DNA of 64,000 nucleotides from Cyanobacteria bacterium J06626_4 (GCA_038523235.1 JBCBJQ010000015.1:1-64000), one strand, 5' to 3'; positions 41,990-51,783 are shown, numbered from the stretch's first letter. A program made the numbers and translations. Notes: generated from the letters alone by a model not told the origin.

Positions 41990-42355
41990 CTACTCACCCA
42001 CTCCCTCTTCTCCCTGCAAAAATGCCTGATACTGAGCTGCCAAATTGGCATAGGTGGCTTGGGTTTGATGAATACGAGGATTCAGCAACGCGGTCACCGG
42101 CTCACCCTCAGCGATGAGATGCTGCTCAACAATCGTCGGCACATCCGTCGGTTTAACCTGGCAATACCAGACATTGGTTGGCATCACCCGTACTGTTGGC
42201 CCCGAACCGCACTGACCTTGACATTCACTAGCGCTGACCATCATCGTGGCGGACTGATGCTGTTGAAACGCGGCCAAAACGGCTGCCGAACCGTTACGCA
42301 CACAGGAGCGGTGCTGACAGACAGTCACCAAATATCGTTGGGGATGATCAGACAT
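41990..42355 (-). CDS. Thioredoxin-like (2Fe-2S) ferredoxin
   Basis: VCQHRSC...CQGQCGSGP..V...WY....DVPTIVEQHL..GEPV. Confidence 0.88.
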   Translation of the reverse strand: MSDHPQRYLVTVCQHRSCVRNGSAAVLAAFQQHQSATMMVSASECQGQCGSGPTVRVMPTNVWYCQVKPTDVPTIVEQHLIAEGEPVTALLNPRIHQTQATYANLAAQYQAFLQGEEGVGE

Positions 42356-42762
42356 TCAAGTCTCTTGACAACAACGCTTCTCGAACGACTGGAAACCAAG
42401 CGCCACATTCATCACAACGCTCTATGCAGTTCCAGCTTCCTGTTTAAGCTAGCAATTTTTGCTGACAAAGACGAGAGTGGCCTCGCTCACGCTCAGGCTG
42501 AGACAGAGTACACCGACTGAACCTAACCGTCCTCACCCTGACACTCAACGTCAGCAATATCAGAATTTCCTTCTACAGAAGCGGTGACCTCACCCCTCTA
42601 GCAGCAAGCATTTCACCCATGATTCAGCAATTCTTTAGCGCTGAAAAAAGGACAGGAAAGCTAATTCACTCACAACCCGTTGTTCTCCTACTTTTAAAGT
42701 TCGACGACTCTTGAACATCCCCGGGGTAATCATCGCGATCACCCGCCGGACAATCAACATCA

Positions 42763-42791
42763 TTGACGAAAGGTGAGTCATTGACTATGGT
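42763..42791 (+). promoter_or_regulatory. Candidate sigma70-type promoter
   Basis: TTGACG-N17-TATGGT. Confidence 0.4.
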
Positions 42792-43054
42792 ATTGGAGCA
42801 TTAGTCTTTAATCAGCCGCAGTGATTGAAACAGCGGTTTTTTGGATGCATGAAGTGCGATCGCTGCGAAAATCACACTTTTTATTGAATTTTTCTACAAA
42901 ACTTTTCTTCTTTCAGGTGTCTTCAGAACGATAATTCCTGAGTCTGAACAGAGTTTTCCTGAAGTTTTCCCCATCGACTCATCAAAAATTTTAAGAGAGG
43001 ATGTAGCCACAGTCAGAGATTTCTGATTCGTTGTCGTCATCTCTTGTAACTACC

Positions 43055-43270
43055 ATGTCTACCCCCCTCATCAATCTATCCTCAACGCTCGAATGCCCCA
43101 AATGTGGCAAAAACGCCATCGTTAGCCACCAGACAGGCACTTACCAGTGCCTCAACTGCAACTTCGAACGTGACCTCAGCCAAGAAGGGCCAGAACTGAG
43201 TCAAACCAGCTTTGGCGAAATCGTGTTTGCCATCGGCGGTTTCTTGCTGACTGTGGCGCTGTTTGTGTGA
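43055..43270 (+). CDS. Small zinc-ribbon protein with a C-terminal TM helix
   Basis: CPKC...CLNC plus a hydrophobic C-terminus (IVFAIGGFLLTVALFV). Confidence 0.75.
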   Translation: MSTPLINLSSTLECPKCGKNAIVSHQTGTYQCLNCNFERDLSQEGPELSQTSFGEIVFAIGGFLLTVALFV

Positions 43271-44009
43271 TGTTCCGTCATGTTCGTAACAAATTGAGTC
43301 ATTAACACGGTTCATTCAGCACATTGGCTATCAGTGATACTGGCGATCGCTACCCGACCAGATAACGGGCACATTTCGACCTAGTGTTACCTGATACTCA
43401 AGACTCGAACGAATTTGTTGGTAGCGAATTCAATTTTCATCTCGATCATCACGTTGAGGAGGCTGATGGTTTTCTTGCTCTACAGTCATTACTCCGGTAA
43501 TTCCTCCAAAATAGCTGGGCTTAGCGTCAACAATGGCCGCCGCTGTTGCGATTGATCAGGTCATTAAGTCAGCCGGTTTAGTCACGGCAAAACCGGCTGT
43601 TAACACCATCCTCAGCAGTCAACGCTAGAACTATTTTGGCAACTCGGCTGTCACAAATAAACCGGGTAATGACACTAACTATTAGCAGGAGCGGGAAACG
43701 CCTTGAGTGTCACTCGCCTGCCTGCTTAATGGCGGCTGTCCCCATTGACCGTTTAGGAGAAAAATCATGATCATTTTGTCAGTCTGAAACAACTTTGTGA
43801 CCCCAGCAGCGATCAGGGCAACCATTGCACACCACTCGGTCTGGCACAGAGGCCAAGTCTTGAGAGCGCAACGGGGCAGTACTCCTGGGAGTACTGCCCG
43901 CTTTGTTCATCGCGATTGGGGTGGCCCAGCCTGCTGGTGGCCCGCCTCCTGAGCTCACCCGCTCTTCGACCTTCACACCGAATCAATTGACGTGTAGGAG
44001 ATCTCAACG

Positions 44010-44240
44010 ATGCGAAAACCCCATCGACATAACCTGCTATTTCGCGCCGCTTGTGAAGGCTTCAAACTGCTAGCCATCATGGTGGCCGGATTCATCTCTG
44101 CTTGCCTATTTCTTGCTCCCTTTGGTGCTGCCGAGCAGGCAGAAACGCTGATTCGAGTCGCCATCCCGTTTTTCTCACGGCTGGCCGTCTCGCTCACCAG
44201 CCTGATTGCGATCGCCGGGCTCTTTGAGTCACTAAAATAG
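44010..44240 (+). CDS. Small two-TM membrane protein
   Basis: 76 aa; TAGGAGA RBS; two hydrophobic segments. Confidence 0.65.
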   Translation: MRKPHRHNLLFRAACEGFKLLAIMVAGFISACLFLAPFGAAEQAETLIRVAIPFFSRLAVSLTSLIAIAGLFESLK

Positions 44241-44254
44241 CTGCGCAGCGCGAT

Positions 44255-45184
44255 TCAGCAGACGGAAAGCTCGCCGTCTGCTGAATCGTTAGCATTCACC
44301 ATCAACATCGGCAAAAACTTTTGAATGAGTGCGATCGTCACACTGGGCTGTTCTAGTTGCGGGGTCAGCCCCACGTTGTCCACAACTTCAAACCGCTGCA
44401 CCGCATCAGGATTCAAAGCCGCCAGACGTTTGCCTAATTCGACATCGGTAAATTGGGCCGCTGCGCCCCACAGCATAACGGTTGGCACCGTTAACTGCGG
44501 CATCCACTCAGCCAGGTCAAAGCACAAATCACCGCGCACAAATGATAGAGCAGCGAATTCAGCATTGGGCTGGGTCGCTGACTCTAAATAGGCCGACACC
44601 ATTTCAGAACTCACCAGATCAGCATTCGCAAACTGCCGCTCGGTCAAAAAGGCCCGGATGCCCGCTGATGTCGCGATCGCCGTTTGATACAGCACCTGAT
44701 CTAAAAAGGGTACGCGCAAAATTTGCGGCAAAAATCCCTGCTGAAAATCTTTGCCAAAATCAGACAGCCCCGCTGGTGTCACTAAAATGAGTCCTTTCAC
44801 CAAGTCAGGATGTTGGATCGACACCCGCACCATCATGGCAGCGGTCAACGCCGAAGCAATCACAACCCCACCCTGAGGAACCAAAGCTTGCAAGAACTGA
44901 GCGATCGCGCTCTCATAATCTTCCCCCTGATAGTCTCGTTCAGGATGATCAGAGTTACCCCAACCAGGCAAATCAGGCGCTAGCACTCGATAATCGGTCG
45001 CAAAGGCAGGATACACCTTTGACCATTCATAGGACGACGACCCGCCACCAAAGCCATGCAAAAACACCAGAGTTTGTTCTGGATGAACGGCCACCGGCCA
45101 AAACTCCGGTTGAGGCGCAGCATAGGCGATCGTGCCCAGATCGATGACGGTCGATCGCTGCTCAAAGCCGGACGCAATAAACAT
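44255..45184 (-). CDS. Alpha/beta-fold hydrolase family protein
   Basis: LVFLHGFGGG, APDLPGWG, VPTVMLWG; atypical elbow (IASAL) and no obvious catalytic His (GLTPQLE). Confidence 0.85.
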   Translation of the reverse strand: MFIASGFEQRSTVIDLGTIAYAAPQPEFWPVAVHPEQTLVFLHGFGGGSSSYEWSKVYPAFATDYRVLAPDLPGWGNSDHPERDYQGEDYESAIAQFLQALVPQGGVVIASALTAAMMVRVSIQHPDLVKGLILVTPAGLSDFGKDFQQGFLPQILRVPFLDQVLYQTAIATSAGIRAFLTERQFANADLVSSEMVSAYLESATQPNAEFAALSFVRGDLCFDLAEWMPQLTVPTVMLWGAAAQFTDVELGKRLAALNPDAVQRFEVVDNVGLTPQLEQPSVTIALIQKFLPMLMVNANDSADGELSVC

Positions 45185-45750
45185 TCTGGTTCACCTTAAG
45201 GGTTAATAGCAGTGCTTATGACCGTTGCCGTGCAACAATCGCCACTGCCTTTACTTCCGTATACCACTTTCTCCAGATGAGGGGCCTCTACCTCACAGAA
45301 ATCGTCTCATCCCACCTGGGTTCATCAGTCACTTTGGCTCTTTTGGCTCACGCCTGCGAGCGTCGGTTACTCCACAGACAACCAGTGAGGGAGCTGCGCG
45401 GGAGAAATCTCCCCAAGCTTGCCGATTTCTGCCAGGGTTTGACAGTGGCAGGCCTCTATGATCGGAATACAATCGGTGATTCATCCCATGATGTGCCGCC
45501 AATCTTTTCTCAAATTAAGACGGTCTCTCGACTCAAAAAAATGAATTATCCTGACTGGAGCATATCAAAGTTGTAAAAGGCAAAGCCAGCGAATCACTCT
45601 GATTATCTGCCTCGCATTGCCAGCTTTAAGGCGATACACCGACACTCAGGGTAGGCTATGGTGAGTTGGGCTTGACTCTGTAGCATTTGACACTCAGTTA
45701 TCAAGAAACCTTTATCGTCACTTCCCGTCAATTTTATTGAGTTGTATGTA

Positions 45751-46131
45751 ATGAACCTGATGCTTCCACGCTTTCTTGCAACCAGTTTTTTAGGTCTCAG
45801 CTTGGCTACCCTCAGCTTGCCCGCCGAAGCTCGTCCCGAAATTGCCAGCGGTGATCAATGGCTCGATGACATCAGCCAAGCGGAATGTCTCAGCCGGGCT
45901 GACGATTTTATTACCGAGCTCGATGTGCCCAATCAAGCTGGAGAGATTGATCGCACCGGCTACTTCGATGATGGCGTCTTCCGTATTCTGTGCTACGGCG
46001 GCGGTGAAACGTCGAGCATGGTGCTGGTGTTCTCAGTCCACAATGAAAGTGCCGAAGTCGCTGCTCAGTTCTTACAGTTCGCCTTAGAAGAAATCTCAGG
46101 CCAAGCGATCGAAGCTGGACAAACCCTCTAG
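45751..46131 (+). CDS. Secreted hypothetical protein
   Basis: Signal peptide ending AEA; two Cys; acidic. Confidence 0.7.
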   Translation: MNLMLPRFLATSFLGLSLATLSLPAEARPEIASGDQWLDDISQAECLSRADDFITELDVPNQAGEIDRTGYFDDGVFRILCYGGGETSSMVLVFSVHNESAEVAAQFLQFALEEISGQAIEAGQTL

Positions 46132-46172
46132 ATCCACCGCTAGCGCTAACGCCGACACCTTAGTTTTGAACC

Positions 46173-46208
46173 GCTCCTAGAGATGCGATCCACAGCATTT
46201 TTAGGAGT
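46173..46208 (+). terminator. Hairpin between convergent genes
   Basis: CTCCTAGAGATGC / GCATTTTTAGGAG stem with G-U pairs. Confidence 0.45.
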
Positions 46209-46283
46209 GATTCTTATATGAGTGAACCGGTTTTGAGTCGCTTGCAAACCTGCCACAGCGATCGCCCATAGCATTCACACCAC

Positions 46284-47750
46284 CTAACCAAGGGCCGCTA
46301 ACCCACGGCGATAGAGAGTCTGGGCATATTCCGTCCAAGCGCCTTGCCCCCAATAGCGAAAGCAACTGGTCTCTAGCAAGAGCGTGTGTAGCAAGGCACG
46401 ATGATAGTCCGCCGATCGCCGATCACTCCACCGTTCCTCAGCCACCGCCTGATGAAAGCGGGCGCTGAGCTGCTGCATGGGCTGCATCACGTTGCCATAG
46501 CCCTCGACCCAACTGCGATCGCTGGTCCATGACGACCCTTCCATGTGAAAGTTGCCATCCCTCTGCTGAATCTCGGCGATCGCCGTTTGCACCGAGTCTG
46601 GCGTGATGCGATCGCCCACCTGCTGCCACAGGCGCTGCTGGCCAATCGCCTGACAAGTCGGCAACTGCTCTGACGTGACGCCCGCCGCCGCCAGCAGTTC
46701 CAAATATTCCGTGCCCAAAAAGCCGACAGTCCCTACCCGACCGCTGCCGTGCTGTCGCATTTCATGCCAGCAGCGCTTAAACATACTGGGAAACTCATTC
46801 ATCATGACGCCGCCATTTTCGCCATCACTAATCTGCGTAACCAACGGCGGCACCTGTCCGTTCCCGAGAGCTGTGGGCTGTAGGGTTTTCGCTTCGGCAA
46901 AAGGCTGCATCTGACCCACTAGCTTGGTATCTGACCCCTGAGTTTTGATCAGCACGGTCATCTCTACCGTTTCGCCATGGGAATTCTGGGCCACCAGTCG
47001 ATGGGGTAAGTGAGGCTGCTGAATCCCTTGACCGGCCAGCGTCTCAATCGTATGTTCTTGTACTAGTAGCCACTGATAACCACAATCTTTCAGCGCTTTG
47101 ACAAAGGTATAGAGCGTATCAGGATGATTGGGCAGATGCATTTCTGGCGGTGAAAAGCCACGCACTCGCGACAGCGCTTCCCAGCCAAACAGCGCCGCAA
47201 AATTATGCTGCCAGGCGCGAATATGAAGCTCAATATCAGGAATCGGAGTCGAAGGCACCACCGCGTGCCCCCAAAACGTGCCCAGCCATTCCACATAGGG
47301 CTGATATTGGGCTTCACAGGTGATGCGCCGCAGCTTATCTAAAACGTCGTGACGCTGCATCTGCTGCAAGCCCCAAAGTAACGTGCCCGAGTAATCGAGC
47401 ATGACCCGAGGATTGCACCCCTGCTCGACCAGTTCGGGAATGAAATCACCCATGCGGGCATAGCAGTAGGCAAACGGCCCAGCATTGTGATTATCCCCGT
47501 CGTAGGGATGGTCAAACATGTGCTGCAGATTATTGATCAGCTGCCCCTCGTGACCCGCCGGAATCGTCGGCTGGTGCATGTGTAGGGCGATCGCAAACCC
47601 CGCTGAAATATCGGTCAGTCGTAAATTGGTGCGCTCTAAAAAGATGGGGCGATCGCCCTGCACAGCAGCTTGAACCCGATTTTCCCACCCAGCCAGCGGC
47701 GGCATACCGTCAATCAAACTGGGCATGGCAGGAGGGGCAGTGGCGACCAT
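46284..47750 (-). CDS. Glycoside hydrolase family 57-like protein
   Basis: ALHMHQP, DYSGTL, GFSPPEM, SDGENGG, ETSCFRYWG. Confidence 0.85.
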   Translation of the reverse strand: MVATAPPAMPSLIDGMPPLAGWENRVQAAVQGDRPIFLERTNLRLTDISAGFAIALHMHQPTIPAGHEGQLINNLQHMFDHPYDGDNHNAGPFAYCYARMGDFIPELVEQGCNPRVMLDYSGTLLWGLQQMQRHDVLDKLRRITCEAQYQPYVEWLGTFWGHAVVPSTPIPDIELHIRAWQHNFAALFGWEALSRVRGFSPPEMHLPNHPDTLYTFVKALKDCGYQWLLVQEHTIETLAGQGIQQPHLPHRLVAQNSHGETVEMTVLIKTQGSDTKLVGQMQPFAEAKTLQPTALGNGQVPPLVTQISDGENGGVMMNEFPSMFKRCWHEMRQHGSGRVGTVGFLGTEYLELLAAAGVTSEQLPTCQAIGQQRLWQQVGDRITPDSVQTAIAEIQQRDGNFHMEGSSWTSDRSWVEGYGNVMQPMQQLSARFHQAVAEERWSDRRSADYHRALLHTLLLETSCFRYWGQGAWTEYAQTLYRRGLAALG

Positions 47751-47883
47751 AAAACCTCAGACACAGAGACTTGTGCTCAGTGTCGCACTGTTAGATGGAG
47801 ACTGGAGATTACTGAATAAGTTTGGTAAACGATTTTTAACAGTTTTGAAGCTGGCCGTTTGACTAGGCGCAGAGAAACGGCAA

Positions 47884-47941
47884 AGCGCTCCCTAGAAACC
47901 ATGCAGAGAGGGAGTCTCTATCACAGTTCCCAAGGAGCGCT
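47884..47941 (-). terminator. Long RNA hairpin downstream of nhaS3
   Basis: Minus-strand RNA forms 26 pairs (6 G-U), one bulge and a 5-nt loop. Confidence 0.6.
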
Positions 47942-48017
47942 CAGGCACGTCGAATCAAGTCACAGCAACGACTACACAGTTGACCGATGCATCATTTCAC
48001 CCCTGACTCAGCGTTAA

Positions 48018-49385
48018 CTAAACCACTGACTCGACCACCTCTTCATCTCTAAAGGCCCAACGCAGCAGCAGCGGAGCCACCAACGTCGTCAAAATCACCA
48101 TTGCAATAATGGCCGCTTGCAGCGGTCGATCCAGCGTGCCACTGGCCGCGCCGATGCCAGCAAACACGAGGCCAACTTCACCCCGCGGAATCATGCCCAC
48201 ACCCACCGCTAGGCGATTGACCGGTTCCTTGCCAAACACGGCCCAGCCAGTAATCGTTTTGCCAATAATCGCCACCACAATTAAGAAGGCGGCAATCACC
48301 AAGCCAGGGCGATTTTCGGGATATAGCGGGTTCAGCACGCTCAAGTCAACCCGGGCCCCGACGGTGACAAAAAAGATCGGCACCAGCACATCGGCGATCG
48401 GGATGATTTGCTGATCCAATTCTTTGCGCTGATCGGTTTCATCCAACACCAGACCCGCCGCAAACGCGCCCAAAATGGCCTCTAGATGAACGACTTGGGC
48501 AATAAATGCAAACGCCAACGCAAAGGTCAAGGCTGGAATCACCAGATTGCCGCGCGTTTGCAACCGGTCAGCAATGGTGCCAAAAACGCTGTTAAACCCA
48601 CGCCCCACCAAAATTGCCCCGAGCAAAAAGCCACTGGCACTAGCGATCAGGGTAACGACATTGATAATCGAGACGTCCCCAGTTTTTGCCAGACTCGCCA
48701 CCACTGCCAGCACGATGATGCCTAACACGTCATCCATCACCGCTGCGCCAACAATGATTTGACCTTCCCGCGATCGCAGCTGACCCAGCTCTGACAACAC
48801 CTTGGAGGTAATCCCAATGCTGGTCGCCGTGAGGGCCGCCCCAGCAAAAATCGCCGGGAGGGCATCGACCTGAAAAAGTGCCATCAAGCCGAACGTCCCC
48901 AAAGCAAAGGGGGCAACTACACCGACGACAGCGACGATCGCCGCCTGGTATCCCACCTTTTGTAATTCCTTGAGGTCAGACTCCAAGCCAATCTCAAATA
49001 GCAGAATAATTACGCCCAGTTCTGCCAATACTGAAATAATTTCTCCCTGGGTCTGAAACACTTGATTCAGCGTTTCTGCCGGGGTGCCCATCAGGGTTTG
49101 TAGCGTCCCCATCAGCACCGAACTCGAGGCCTCTACCCCCACTTCAGGGAACACCAGCAAGTGCAACGCCGAAACGCCCACTAACACACCGCTGATCAGC
49201 TCACCCAACACCGGCGGCAGACCCATGAGCTTAGATAGCTCGCCGCCCAGCTTGCTAGCCAGATAAACCACCATCAGACTTAATAAAACGCCCGCCAACA
49301 CTAGGGGGGCAACTTCTTCAGCCGGTACCTCAGCCATCACCGAGGTCAAGACCGTCGGCAAATCGAGAAAATTGAAAGAGAGCAT
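48018..49385 (-). CDS. nhaS3: CPA2 Na+/H+ antiporter (NhaS3 type)
   Basis: LLFEIGLESD, ATSIGIT, AAVMDDV, GMIPRGEVGL; lies directly downstream of bicA. Confidence 0.88.
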   Translation of the reverse strand: MLSFNFLDLPTVLTSVMAEVPAEEVAPLVLAGVLLSLMVVYLASKLGGELSKLMGLPPVLGELISGVLVGVSALHLLVFPEVGVEASSSVLMGTLQTLMGTPAETLNQVFQTQGEIISVLAELGVIILLFEIGLESDLKELQKVGYQAAIVAVVGVVAPFALGTFGLMALFQVDALPAIFAGAALTATSIGITSKVLSELGQLRSREGQIIVGAAVMDDVLGIIVLAVVASLAKTGDVSIINVVTLIASASGFLLGAILVGRGFNSVFGTIADRLQTRGNLVIPALTFALAFAFIAQVVHLEAILGAFAAGLVLDETDQRKELDQQIIPIADVLVPIFFVTVGARVDLSVLNPLYPENRPGLVIAAFLIVVAIIGKTITGWAVFGKEPVNRLAVGVGMIPRGEVGLVFAGIGAASGTLDRPLQAAIIAMVILTTLVAPLLLRWAFRDEEVVESVV

Positions 49386-49635
49386 TGCAATTTAATTTCC
49401 TAAAAGCGTTCTGAGTAGATCGCCGGTGGGCGATCGCTCAGACCATCAAAATTGATTCAAAATTTTTATGCTTTATCGAGCAGCTAGCCCGACTTAGAGC
49501 AGGCTCTGGTTGACCGTCTGAACTGGCTCACCAGAGTGAGTGGGCCAGTTTGCCGATCACCAGAGCACAGCCAATATCAGGAATCGCGACAGGAACAGAC
49601 TTTTACCACTGGAGCAGACGATGAGTCGCCAGCAA

Positions 49636-51330
49636 CTACACCGCCGGAGACGTCACTACTGGAGCAGAAGAGTCGGAAGGACTATCCAATAGCTCTAGCG
49701 CCCCTTGCAGCGCCGCCACTCGGGTATCCAGCAACCGTTCTGGCGGCACAAACCGATGGATGCCCAGCTTTTCTAGACGCTTCAGTGCTTGAGCACTCGC
49801 ACCGACCACAAAAACCGGTCGGTTGTTATCACTCGCATCTTGAATGGAGTTTTCTAGCGCAAGGGCGGCAGTCACCCCCAGAATCGGTACGTCGTGCAGA
49901 TCAAGCACTAACACGTCGTGGTCTTTCATCGCATTGTTTTCACGCGCGATCGCCTTTGCCACCCCAAAGATCATCGGCCCACTCAGGTGGAACAGCAACA
50001 CTCGACCGTCGGCGCGATCGAGCAGCATTTGCTCCTCGGGCGTCATCTGCAGGTCTTCATCTTCGTCAGCATCAGTAATCGTCTTAATGCCTTCAGACTG
50101 CAGTTTGGTTAAGCGATCGATCGTCAAAATGTTGGCAATGAAAACGCCGACACCGACAGCAACAATCAAATCCACAAACACAGTTAAAAAGAGGACGCCA
50201 TACATAATCAGCGTGCCTTTCCAAGAAACACTGTGGGCGCGCTTCAAGAAACTCCAGTCCAGGATATCGACCCCAACCTTCATCGCAATACCGGCTAGCA
50301 CGGCCAGGGGAATCGGCGCGATCAAGCCCGAAGCCCCCAACACCACCACCATCAGCAAGACTGCTCGCACTAAACCCGAGAGCGCTGTCCGCCCACCGGT
50401 TTGAATGTTCACCACAGTGCCCATCGTGGCACCGGCCCCAGCCAGGCCACCAAATAAACCCGATACTAAGTTGCCTAATCCTTGACCAATCAGCTCCTTG
50501 TCAGACTGATGTTGAGTGCGCGTCAAGCTATCAGCCACCATCGCTGTCAACAGCGCATCAATGCAGCCCAAAGCACCTAGCACTAAGGCATCAATCAGCA
50601 TGATTTGAAACTGAGCCGCGCTGAAAGTCGGCATCTGCATCGCCGGCAGACCCGCTTCGATTGGGCCAATGCGACGAATATCAGCATCACCAAACACAAA
50701 CAGCGACAAGACCGTCCCTGCTACCAAGACCAACAGTTGAGGCGGCAAAAAGCGCTTCAGCTTCTTGGGGACTAAGAAGAGAACCGCAATCGTAAAGACT
50801 GCCAAAATCAACTCCGGCGTCACCGTATTGCCGATGAGATCCGGCAGGCTGGTAATCGTGCCAATCACCCCGCCCTGAGGACTTGACTGCCCCAAAAAGG
50901 GACCAATCTGCAAAATAATCAAGATCACCCCGATGCCCGACATAAAGCCGGAGATCACGGTGTAAGGCATGAGCGTGACGTAGCGCCCAAGTCTTAAAAG
51001 ACCAAAAAGGATTTGAAAAACCCCCGCCATCATCACCACAGTAAAGGCCATAGCCTTACCGTTGACCGGATCAGCAGCGATGAGTTTAGCTAGGACCGCC
51101 GTCATGACCACGGTCATCGGGCCAGTCGGCTCAGAAATAAGGGTCGGCGTACCGCCAAACAAAGCAGCAAAAAAGCCGACTAGAACAGCGCCATAGAGAC
51201 CAGCTTCGGGGCCTGCGCCAGATGCTACACCAAAGGCCAGAGCCATTGGCAGGGCAATCACTGCAGCAGTTACACCACCAAAGACATCCCCGCGCACATT
51301 TCGGAAATTTATGCGGTTAGTCAGTGCCAT
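49636..51330 (-). CDS. bicA: SulP-family Na+-dependent bicarbonate transporter BicA
   Basis: GGTPTLISEPTGPMT, GCIDALLTA, GATMGTVVNI; STAS domain LSGPMIFGVAKAI; upstream GTG at 51339 also possible. Confidence 0.92.
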   Translation of the reverse strand: MALTNRINFRNVRGDVFGGVTAAVIALPMALAFGVASGAGPEAGLYGAVLVGFFAALFGGTPTLISEPTGPMTVVMTAVLAKLIAADPVNGKAMAFTVVMMAGVFQILFGLLRLGRYVTLMPYTVISGFMSGIGVILIILQIGPFLGQSSPQGGVIGTITSLPDLIGNTVTPELILAVFTIAVLFLVPKKLKRFLPPQLLVLVAGTVLSLFVFGDADIRRIGPIEAGLPAMQMPTFSAAQFQIMLIDALVLGALGCIDALLTAMVADSLTRTQHQSDKELIGQGLGNLVSGLFGGLAGAGATMGTVVNIQTGGRTALSGLVRAVLLMVVVLGASGLIAPIPLAVLAGIAMKVGVDILDWSFLKRAHSVSWKGTLIMYGVLFLTVFVDLIVAVGVGVFIANILTIDRLTKLQSEGIKTITDADEDEDLQMTPEEQMLLDRADGRVLLFHLSGPMIFGVAKAIARENNAMKDHDVLVLDLHDVPILGVTAALALENSIQDASDNNRPVFVVGASAQALKRLEKLGIHRFVPPERLLDTRVAALQGALELLDSPSDSSAPVVTSPAV

Positions 51331-51382
51331 CGCGAACACCTGTTTTTTATATTGAAGAAAGCAAATGAATAATCAAAAGACG

Positions 51383-51398
51383 ATTGCATTAGCTCTAT
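51383..51398 (-). promoter_or_regulatory. Candidate NdhR/CcmR (LysR-family) site upstream of bicA
   Basis: Minus strand reads ATAG-AGCTAATG-CAAT, one mismatch to ATAG-N8-CTAT. Confidence 0.4.
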
Positions 51399-51523
51399 GA
51401 CGAGATTACCATTCTCTCTCCTCAATGAAAACCATCGGATTTGTTTTGACGCTAGATTTCCCACCTACAAGGATTTTATAGAGTCCTTGGAATCATTGAC
51501 TGGCAGGCAATAGTACGAGTCAG

Positions 51524-51621
51524 TTTCTATAGCGAGCCGCAGTCAGGTTTGGACACTTTTAATCGCCGGATCGCTTGCCCCTGCACCTGGAACCCTTCAC
51601 CTTTCTATAGCAAGCCGCAGT
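51524..51621. repeat. 20-bp direct repeat upstream of bicA
   Basis: TTTCTATAGCGAGCCGCAGT (51524) and TTTCTATAGCAAGCCGCAGT (51602), 19/20 identical. Confidence 0.8.
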
Positions 51622-51783
51622 TTGATCAGGTCACATCCAATGCCTGAAATCCTTACTTGATAGGCTTTTCAATTCTGACTTCCGACTTCTTCATTCCGCA
51701 TTCTGCTATACCTTCTCATAGCCCACCCGTTCATTGAACACACCGCATAGCGGGCAAGAGATTTGTAGAATTTGTCGTGGACG

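Noticed and set aside
41964..42015. C/T-rich quasi-tandem tract at the end of the ferredoxin gene
   Set aside because: Too degenerate to define a repeat unit; resembles common cyanobacterial low-complexity short repeats
42675..42750. GTTCTCCT motif reminiscent of the IsaR1 sRNA seed
   Set aside because: No following terminator with a U-tract and no recognisable Fur-box context
43396..43420. GACTCGAAC, the reverse complement of a tRNA T-loop
   Set aside because: No T-stem or cloverleaf can be formed around it
45225..45576. Overlapping 78-aa and 99-aa ORFs in the intergenic region after the hydrolase gene
   Set aside because: No motifs or RBS, and the two frames conflict; cannot be supported
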